A stretch of DNA of 64,000 bases. Origin: Eledone cirrhosa. Its lineage: Eukaryota. Position 1 is the stretch's first letter, and the number at the start of each line of letters is the position of its first letter. Positions 53,730 through 64,000 of the stretch are shown in pieces. The notes under the pieces were generated by a model. That model was not told the origin of the DNA and made no database searches. It saw nothing but the letters and a program-made list of their open reading frames with translations. The position numbers and the translations under genes are program-made. The stretch spans positions 208,754,001-208,818,000 of the forward strand of contig OZ024742.1 of the NCBI GenBank assembly GCA_964016885.1, given 5' to 3'.

Positions 53730-55965
53730 ATAGAGAGAGAGAGAGGGGGATATAGGGGAGAGAGAGAGAGAGATAGGGGTAGAAAGAAAGAGGTGATTGT
53801 TTGTGTATGTGTGTGTCTCCCACCTTAGATTTATTTAAGTATTTGCTTAATTATATAAGTAATAATTCAACGGCAACATTTTCCTTTTATTTTTGCGGAC
53901 AGCAGGAAAATCTAAATGGGACTCATAAAGCTGAGGTCAAATTCTAATTGATTTTGTCCACTATTGGAAATTAGTTTTATCAGCAGTTTTCACAAGGTAA
54001 ATTCTTTAATTAATTATCTTGAGAGTGGCTCTGGCGATAATTAATTAAACGTATTTGTTTCACATTTGCCTAGATAGAATCATGAAATCTATAAAATTTA
54101 TGATATCAATCATTTAAAATAAATTTTATAATTAATTTTGACTTCACACAAGCTACAATTTGTAAAGTAAGGTGCAGTGAACGAAATAGATTGCGTAATA
54201 GACAACTACAATATTTTATAACATAGTGAAATAGAATGCAAATTTCGTTGGATTTTGAACAGAATTAATTGTCAAAGGAATTATCCGCTTCATCGTTTCC
54301 ATTGAATCATTCATTCCCGGAACTATAGTTAAAATAATTTTGAGAAAAAAAAATAGAATTGTACTAATTATAAATTCCCTACCTAATAATTGTAATTATT
54401 TCAAAGAACACACACTTTTTTAATAAGAAATATATATACATTATAGTAAATGATATAGTGCGGTTAAATGTAAATAAATTTCAAAATGAGTACGATTTGA
54501 ATTTAGAAAGTTTAGGGGAGCAGTTTATATTTCTGCTATTCCATCTGCTTTAGAGGGAATCGGTGTTAGATTTGTTGTGTGGAGAGTGCTGAGAGTGAGA
54601 GTTAAGAATTATTGGATGTGACACGTGCACTTCGTAACACGTATAAATATGTATTTGCAGCAAATAATCTGAGCCGATATCATATTTATGATTAATTTCT
54701 AACCGAAGACAAAATTATATATTACACGTTATTTTAATAAAACCTTTGTTCATGAGATGATAAATTATCCCAGAATATTAATGGATGAAATTAATCCGTT
54801 CTGTTCAATATTTCATTGCACAGATTTCTTTAAGCCAGTAAATTTTCCTAATGGATTATACATATGAGAAAATTTCAAAAGGATATGAAAATATCGTGTT
54901 TTCATGCCTTTATTAAAAGTAGTATATATGTAAATTGTCTCCTTTTAGTGGCATAATTCATGCGGATATTAAAACATCATTTTCCATATTATAATTATGA
55001 ATTTATTATCTTTACACATGGAGGTTAATAAGGTAAAATTTAGAGGCAAAAATCAAATTCTCCACTAGATCAAAATGACTGATTCTCAATTCATTAAATC
55101 CTCATTTGCTATAGCTCATAGTCTTCTTTTGTTTACCACAACTAATTATCCGTGGTATTACGTACAACATATCGTATCATTTGTATCTAAATTCATGCTA
55201 TTGATCCGTTAGAGTTGTTAATGGCCTTCATATGATGTGTATATATATCAGATAGTGAAATAGTGCCTCCGTTGTAATTGTAGTTATAAAAACCCACAAT
55301 GGAAAAATGAATGAGTATTGACGTACATAGGACACGACCCCACATCGTTGGCTACTATGACCAATTACACCAATACGCCACTCACACAAATTTCCAGTTT
55401 GAAGCTATATAATCATAGCGTATGAATACATATATATATATATATATAATATATTATTATATATCTTCAAATTGAATGAATGGAAAGTATATATATATGT
55501 GTGTGAGTGTATGTGTGTGTGTGTTTGTTTGTGTGTGCGTGTGTGTGAGTGAGTGTGTGTATGTATTTGCATATTTCCATCATTTGTATGATAATTTGAA
55601 TTAGTGTCTCTGCGTAAAGTAGTGCTATTATGATATTTGTATGCTCTATCTTTGTATTAAACCCCGTCCATCTTAAATGATTCAATGCCTAGTAGTATGA
55701 TAGAATGTGAGAGCAATCTAACTATGAAACAACCATGTAGTTGGTGGAACATTTCAAGTGAGATTGATAGACAATAATACTTTGTAAATATTGAACTAAC
55801 TAAAAAGAATTTTTAAAAATAAAGGATGTAAAAATTTTGTGATAATGTATGAATGACTCAGAAATGAAAATTCAACCGGAAATTGGATGGTATAAAAGTG
55901 CAATAAGGTGACTACAGGATTCAATATAAAGAAAATGGCGTATGAAGATACGTGTCTCGATGTTG

Positions 55966-56077
55966 AAGAAAGAAGAAGAAGAAGAAGAAGAAGAAGAAGA
56001 TGAAGATGAAGAAGAAGAAGAAGAAGAAGAAGAAGAAGAAGAAGAAGAAGACGAAGAAGAAGAAGAAGAAGAAGAAG

Positions 56078-56107
<30 letters not shown>
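55966..56107. repeat. (GAA)n microsatellite
   Basis: Direct reading. Others at ~31236-31322 and ~31678-31766; (TAG)n at ~19237-19328 and ~50676-50762; (GATA)n at ~62394-62482; (TA)n and (TG)n throughout. Confidence 0.95.
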
Positions 56108-56108
<1 letters not shown>

Positions 56109-56970
56109 TTCGAAAATCTACGTACGAGGAACAGTAAAGAGATTTTTTTTTTAGAAAACGTCACAAAATTCTTGGAAACTGGTTTTTGAGAAGTATGCCG
56201 AAAATGATATTGAGATTGAAATAAGAAAGATGATATTGTGTGGAAAATATGAAGTGAGAGAAAAACATTATACATTAAAATGATAGGCAATAAATAGGAA
56301 TAAAGAGGATAGAAAAAAAAATGTCAATGCCAGCAGAAATGCTGCTATCCATACCAACGCAAAAAATATGTATAAATATATTTTACTTCAGAGAGTATGT
56401 GTAAAAATGTTGGAAAGAAGTATTAAAGAGAATTTTTTTTTTAAAGTAATAATAATTTTTCTAATAAAACAACTTAATAGAAAATATTTATTCATCTTAT
56501 TTTTTTAGCTCTTGCGTTTCTGTGATTTCAGACTCTTACTTATTGTCGCTTTTATAGTTGTTCATTTTAAATCTGCAGTCATTTAATTTTGGTATAGGTT
56601 TTGCGATATATCGCACTCCACCCATCTCTACTCACTCAGCTTATTACTGGGAATGTTAATGTATTTTGATCTATTTTTATTTCCGTTACTTTTCTTGAGT
56701 TATCGAGATGGAAAAAAACAAACAATTCTAAGAAAAGAAAATAATAAAAGAAAAGCAAGAAGAAAAAAGTTGAAAATATATAAATTGTAAGAAAGAAAAA
56801 CTAGAAAAAAATGTTAGAGAGAATTATGGAGATATATATGTCATCCTGTTGATGAAGTTCACAGATTTTATTATTTCTGCTGGCCTTCCATCGGTGTCAA
56901 GCCTTACTTTACAGCAATTCATTATTTAGGAATCTGAGTTCGTCATTAGTCGTTATGTATATGTATGTAT

Positions 56971-57083
<113 letters not shown>

Positions 57084-57163
57084 CGTATGTATAGGGGTGT
57101 ATTAGAGAGACAGAGATAGTGAGATTTAAGTGTTCAAACGAGAGGAACAAAACTCAGTACACT

Positions 57164-57195
<32 letters not shown>

Positions 57196-57211
57196 CACAC
57201 ACATATATATA

Positions 57212-57590
57212 TTTATTAAAATAACAGATTAAAGTTTAAGCAACGGTTGAGCACTCTATTGACTTATATTCATCATGCAGAAACAACATCTGAATATTTC
57301 TACAATGAACATACCCGTACCAAGCAGGAAAACATACCTAAAACTCCTGAACCGAAGTATCGTCTTCCTGTCTTCCTCCGGTTGCAACATTTTTTGAAAT
57401 ATTCACTTCTGCGTTCACAGATTGACTTTGTTAGTTTCAGAAGATCCCGTTAAGGGTGAAAGCAGCGATTCTTTGCTTAAACTTTAATCTGTTATTTTAA
57501 TAAATATTTGCTCTACGGTTCGTATATATTTGATATATATTTATCCTTATCGAGCCCTCTTTGGATTTTAGTCTTCAAATTTATTATTAT

Positions 57591-57595
<5 letters not shown>
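57212..57595 (+). repeat. (TA)n-flanked module with 5' inverted copy, probably a PLE terminal repeat
   Basis: 57212-57243 is inverted relative to 57473-57504. HHR-like remnant CAGAAGA-tccc(gttaa)gggt-GAAA. Confidence 0.55.
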
Positions 57596-57634
<39 letters not shown>

Positions 57635-57637
<3 letters not shown>

Positions 57638-57696
57638 GTACAGAATTAGCCGTCGAAACGGCTTGAGCTCAGCCATCGGGGTCTTACTTGTTCCTA
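57635..57696 (+). repeat. 3'-terminal fragment of the Naiad pLTR (HHR 3' half)
   Basis: Matches 8500-8560. Confidence 0.8.
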
Positions 57697-58152
57697 TATA
57701 TATATATCCATGAGGGTGTGTCTGTGTATCTATACATATATAACTTATAAACATCTAAATATTTAACTTTACATTTTTTTTTTCTGAATCCTTTTTTCTT
57801 TTCCCTGAATCTCTAACTTTCCTCCTCACTAATACGTTATTTCACATTTTCTTTTACTCTATATGTATGTCTATAATTGTGCTTATTTGTTTGTCTGTGT
57901 GAAATTTGTCTATGTTATCGCGTGATTCATCTGTCTGACTATTAATTTGTGTACATTGTTATGGTATCTTATATATTTTGAATGTTATGTATGGTATGGT
58001 TATCACAATGCATCAATGTTATTTCAATTATGGAAAGTTGTCTATCATTTCAACCTACCAGCAAGCCAGCACGTACGCGCAAGCACGCACAGTTCACACA
58101 CATGAATACTATCTTTCTTACATTTCTCGTTAATCTCTTTCTGTAGTTAAAT

Positions 58153-58274
<122 letters not shown>

Positions 58275-58660
58275 GGATGGGGTTGTTTATATCTCTATGT
58301 AGGTTATAAATTCATCTACGGCTCTATATGCATTTATATCTTGTTCTTATGGAAAACTGACCCCTAGGCTTAATTCCGAGTTTTGTGTAATACACGAAAA
58401 ATTTGGTTGATAAATAAGGAGTGATAATATAGTGTAGAGATTGGAAAGTCGAGAAAGGGAAAGAAGGAATGTGATTTAGAATTATAACCATTCTAGGAGT
58501 TACCTCGTAATAATATGTATTGGATGACACGTACACATCTCAATTAGAATTATTTTTAACCTGGATGATAGACATCGTATTATTTCCAACATTACTTGAC
58601 GCTTGCTTGGTATTTTTCACTTGCTCTCTTTGCCTTATTCTCTCCTTCAGTCGCCCCATC

Positions 58661-58727
<67 letters not shown>

Positions 58728-58732
<5 letters not shown>

Positions 58733-60772
58733 CGTAGACAACGGATCATATGTGCATAAACACATCTTCACAGCGTCATATTTGTGACAGTATCGTATTA
58801 GCTCAATGTACGAAACAGAGCCGTTATATATAAAATAAATCAAAGAACGCCTACATACTTATACAATTTTTATTCGCTAACAATGTTTCATCCATACTGT
58901 GGCGCTGGAATCCCCAGAGCGTAAACAATAACAATATAGTGCTGAATATAAGCTCTACCAAGCTTAGTCACCAGAACAGTAGAGAAAATGTACAGGATAA
59001 CATGAGGGAGACTGGATATGAGAAGGATGGAGAGAATGCGTACTGGGTTTATTAGTCAACATTATAACAAAACATGATAATACAATAACACAGGCAGATT
59101 TTCCCACAAGAGACTGAGGCATGTGAAGGCATACAAAAGCAATCATAAGCACTTAAAGATAATTAAAAAAATATAATTTTAAAAATATATATAAAAAATT
59201 GATTTTATGAAAATTATTTTAAAAATAATAATTAAAAATTATCTTTTGTGCCTTTTACGTCATGGATTGGTGTGTATATACCTATCGCCATTGTGACGAA
59301 CGGTGAAGCGGCGGTGTTTATTTTTTTGCGGAGCCGGGTTCTTGGATTGTTGCGGAGTACAGGAGTTGTCATGTATGACTAGTGTATACCTGTATGAGTA
59401 CGATCTCAATTGATAGACATGCGGTTGTGTCTGGTGGAATTGGGAATATGATCTGAGCACTTTTATGTGATTTTCTGTGTTGCTTGTTGATCCACGTGCT
59501 GCGCGCGAGGGGTCAACGAGAATTTACTGCTGCATGTAATCAGGCAATATTTGGAGTCGGTTACGATTGGAATGCGTAGTGTGTTACATATAATCATAGG
59601 AGGATTTGAGTTATAACTTGGTTATAACTTTGACATGTAACACATCTCAATCTGGAGTTTCGAGCGTCTGAGGATTTGGATGTGTAAAATCAGCTTGTAA
59701 CACACAGTACCATATCTGCTAGTTTGTATTGTTGAACATATGAATACGGTTGGATTGCCATCTACGGACGATCTTCATTTGTTATGACCTTTCGACCATC
59801 TATGGTTGATCCATATGTGTTATGACTTCTCACCATATAGGCCTTAAACTGTGACTAAACCATGTTTATTGTGCTTTGATTGCTTCAGCTTGTTTATGCC
59901 TCAGCTTGTTTATGTATTAACCCCGCTTTGTCTGTTTGGCTCAGATCGGTGTGGTGCCTGTCCATGTGCAAGTTTAACACCTCTTGTCCACACAATTCCA
60001 GAACCTATTGCTATACCCTGTTTGCGCATACTATGGGTGGGGAGATAAAATCCCCTTTAGACCTTCTGAAGATACGTTCCATGACTCTAAGACATGGGAA
60101 TCTAAATCTATAGTAACTATTGCATACCCTCCTTTGTTGATTCTTCACATGCCTCAATTTTTTTTTCTTTTCCCTATTTGTTTAATTACTATTATGTATA
60201 TTTTTAATTACTTTTTAATTTTAATTTTTAATTATTAATTTTTAGGTTTTAAAATTTTTTTAATTATTATTAAATATTTTAAAATATTTTTACTTATACT
60301 TTTATAATTTTTAAATGTTTTAATTCCTTTAAAAACATTTTAGTTACTTCCAATTATTTTTAATTATTTTAATTATTATTTTTAAATTAATTTTCTTAAA
60401 ATCATTTTTTTATATATTTGTTTTTAATTATATTTTTTTAATTCTCTTTAAGTGCTTATGATTGCTTTTGTATGCCTTCACATGCCTCAGTTTCTTGTGG
60501 GAAAAACTGCCTGTGTTATTGTATTATCACGGTTTGTTATAATGTTGACTAATAAACCCAGTACGCATTCTCTCCATCCTTCTCATATCCAATCTCCCTC
60601 ATGCTATCCTGTACTGTTTCTCTACTGTTCTGGTGACTAAGCTTGGTAGAGCTTATATTCAGCAGTATATTTTTTTTATTGTTTACGCTCTGGGGATTCC
60701 TACCCCACGGTAAGGATGAAACATTGTTAGCGAATGAAAATTGTATAAGTATGTAGGCGTTCTTTGATCTAT

Positions 60773-60780
<8 letters not shown>
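58728..60780 (-). mobile_element. PLE-derived element with ~400-bp inverted repeats and a decayed Cys-linker/GIY-YIG-like interior
   Basis: 58830-59240 is inverted relative to 60350-60780. Both arms hold cgct-CTGGGGA-...-GAAAC-att-GTT-agcg. Interior traces are weak (DKRC*TC). Confidence 0.7.
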
Positions 60781-60850
<70 letters not shown>

Positions 60851-60991
60851 TTAGGTTCGAAGGTTGACCACTGGATAGAGCTGGTCATTCCGTATGGTCA
60901 ATCTTGATGTAATAATATGGAGAGTACTCAACGTAAAGCAGCTGAACCGTCTTCGTGTGTGTAGTTGGTGGTGCGAGTACGGAGTTAAATA

Positions 60992-61330
60992 TATAATAAA
61001 ATAACAGGAGGCTGGACCTGTGTAAATCATTGAAAGGTTTATTATACTATGATCATTTCAATGACCGGGTTCCCTATGAATCCGGTGATATCATCAGGCG
61101 TTCGAAATATAATAATAATTGAGGGCGACCGACTAAAGTGGAAGATGCTAGATGGTCGGTCGTCCTCAGGACTATGATTTTCAGCCCCATGGAATTTATC
61201 TGCTAGATGAATTTATTATATTTCGAATACCTGATGATATCACCGGATTCATACGGAACCCGGTCATTGAAATGATTATAGTATAATAAACCTTTCAAAG
61301 ATTTACACAAGTCCAGCCTCCTGTTGTTTT

Positions 61331-61336
<6 letters not shown>
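60992..61336. repeat. Fold-back of ~125-bp arms with HHRs
   Basis: Arms ~60992-61115 and ~61215-61336. Confidence 0.85.
61227..61284 (+). ncRNA. Type I HHR, canonical core
   Basis: atac-CTGATGA-tatcaccgg...ccggtcatt-GAAA-tgatta-TA-gtat. The inverted copy at 61044-61101 has palindromic ATGATCAT. Confidence 0.78.
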
Positions 61337-61408
<72 letters not shown>

Positions 61409-62393
61409 ATATATACTATTTGTAAATCGAAATTTAGCTGCAGTATAGCATGTACAATTCGATTAGTTTTGAGGAAATCAGAGAGCACTCATTGGAGCGA
61501 AAGTTAAAAAGTAACATTAAGTCCAGAATTAAACACCGTAGTTATAAAATGTGACACCAAGATAACCGACCAATGGCACACACTCTACATACAATAAAAT
61601 AACGATATATACAAAACGGTTTTTGATGCCTGGACCATCTCCGAATTATTAAATTGATATAATCAATAAAATTTCAGATGTGTTTCTGGAACCCCCGGAA
61701 GTTATATAACAAGTTATATACAGCACACGTAACACATGTAGATGTAATACATGTGTACTTCCATGGTCGAACAGGAGTTCCTTCTATCTATCTCTCTATC
61801 TATCTATGTATATATATATATATTATATAGTGAGAGATAATACGAAGTTGCATGTCTAGCATAAGTTTCACTGCTAGTACCGGTTGCACATCAGCGTACT
61901 CAATAGATAAGGTTATGTAAAAATCCCAGAGTATACACAAAGTTTCTATACAACACACGTAAATGGGTACCTGAAATCAATACTCATACTAGAATTTCAG
62001 CCACACTTGATAGCAAGAGAGTGCACACTATCCACTGTCGCAATCAGCGCACGTAGCTTCATCAGTGGGTTTCACTTCATCAATAACCAATTGATCGACG
62101 GAATTCAATTCCACTCCGCGTCGGCTATGGCATTGAATTCGACAGTAGTTCGTTAGCAACTGAAATCCCTAGGCTTCATCACAATGCCGTCAACTGATTG
62201 GCTACAGTTTCAGAAATGTACGTGACCGTAGGAGACGAAATTAAAATTCTTCCACCTCAGCCATAAGCACCCACCAACATATCTCAATCAAAAATTAACA
62301 AGTGAGTAAAACATTCGGTTATTAGAGAAAATCAATCTCCTATCGCTATACAATAGAATGGTAGTATTGGACTCCAGTCTCGAAGTAACATAC

Positions 62394-62482
<89 letters not shown>

Positions 62483-62484
62483 CG

Positions 62485-63540
62485 TTTCTTTATTTAATGC
62501 AAGTGCGCACAATAAATGGGACATTACAAGACGTGATGTCGGGGGTTATAACAATTAAAATTAAACAATCGAAATCCCAAATAGAGGGTAACGTTTCTTC
62601 GGGGTTGTTTTACAACCCGTAGATAGACCAACCCTCAACACCGTGAGTACATTTTGTATGTGTACTCGTCTTCCCTCTTTTGTCCTCTTCAACATACAGG
62701 TTTATATACAGAGAAAGCCCATTCACTCAAGCCATTTTCGCAACATTTATCCACCTTTCAGCGAATTTACTGGGTTGTAGCACCTCTCTCTCCACTCTCG
62801 CCTTCCTTCTGAAGTGGTACTTAAAGAAGTGGATGAGTTTTTGTCTGGAGAGAAAGGTGTTTGCTCTCAGTTCTTTCAGTCTCGTCCACCACATTACTTC
62901 ATTCGCAATAGGCACCAGACAGAGGAATACCGCCTTCCATTCGGTGTTAAATGAAGGCGGCGGGGTAATCCTCACGATGGATTCAGCTGACAGCTGGATT
63001 CGTCCCAGAGGTGACAGTAGCTATTCGACATAATTCGACAGGTCGGAGACCCCTGGATACTGAACAATTGCGTGCAGAACGGTTTCGATGTCCTGCTCGC
63101 ATCTTGGATAGGTCCTTTTGCCAGGATCCCTGCCGGGGCCTCTGTGCCTCTAGATTTTGTCTCTCTCGAACTGGTGGAGCTTTGTGATAGCACTGCCAGG
63201 TCAGAGACCTTTGGAAAGTCCTCTCGAACAGACTGGCCAGTTCGACGCCCAGATTCTCCCTGAGAACGCCGTCACACTTATCCTCCACTAATCTTCAATA
63301 GAAAGTTTGCCTTGAAGTCTACACTGATTGTCATTTCCGGACCGTGCTCACCTGATCGCATTGTAAGTGCCAGGCTCCCATTCTCGCTCTTCGCTTAACA
63401 CAGGACTGCTGCTCTGTTTGCGAGACGAAGTGTGGAAAAGATTGACTCACGAACGATGACCACATTGTTCACCGGTCAGGAAAACCTTCAGATGGCGTAA
63501 CTTCCGCGTGTGTTTGTGCATCATCAGACATGACATGCCC
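62485..63540 (-). mobile_element. Diverged Tx1/L1 3' fragment
   Basis: FQRSLTWQCY and VMWWTRLKEL...FFKYH..RK.RVER.VL..SKF.ERWINVAK, homologous to the 49719-50330 ORF. Confidence 0.85.
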
Positions 63541-64000
63541 TGACAGACAGACAGAAAAAAAGAGAGAGCGAATAAAGTGATAACTAGAGACACGGACACG
63601 CAGAAAAATAGGCAGGCAGATATAGTTTTAGTTTTATTTTAAACCAGGTAGTAGTGTGAATGCATTACCAGATAGCAATTGATAGTGGATTATAATCAAT
63701 TGATAATCCTAAATGCATTAGCGGTATGTCTCCGCTATGAGGGGGTTCAGGTCAGTTGGCCGCGCCTAACCCATTTTAACAACGCAACCACGTAATCGAA
63801 GGATGAAAGAAAACAAAGAAAAGAAAATAATGGGATGGTGGACCTGAAGCTGAGGTGTCTGTCCTAAATAGAAAGTTAATCAACGCAGTGATAAAGTTTA
63901 AACAATGTTGTCTATGATCAAGATGAAGTAAGAGTGTATTTGAATACATATAAAAATGAGAAAACTCATCGGAGTGCAATACCGACCCACCGTGGCAGTC

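Noticed and set aside
55796-56290. Poly-Glu and poly-Leu ORFs
   Set aside because: Translations of a (GAA)n microsatellite.

Overview
AT-rich, microsatellite-saturated eukaryotic DNA. The SINE families resemble those I recall from octopod cephalopods; this assignment is an inference. I can support no intact host gene. The window is a graveyard of decayed retroelements: Penelope-like elements (PLEs; Naiad-type, Neptune-type and a third GIY-YIG family), RTE, Tx1/L1, CR1-like and R4/Dong LINEs, tRNA-derived SINEs and one probable non-autonomous Helitron. The main hidden signal is RNA structure. About 20 type I hammerhead ribozyme (HHR) motifs, intact or decayed, sit in short (TA)n-flanked modules, PLE 3' ends and fold-back repeats. 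Several independent families replace the C3-G8 core pair with a compensatory U3-A8 pair (UUGANAA), and most carry a family-specific palindromic stem III. Two non-coding elements (25203-26032 and 32955-33550) each carry two tandem HHRs, with predicted cleavage-to-cleavage monomers of 595 and 316 nt. They look like retrozymes or non-autonomous PLEs that could produce circular RNAs. All structures were read by eye, and element boundaries are approximate.
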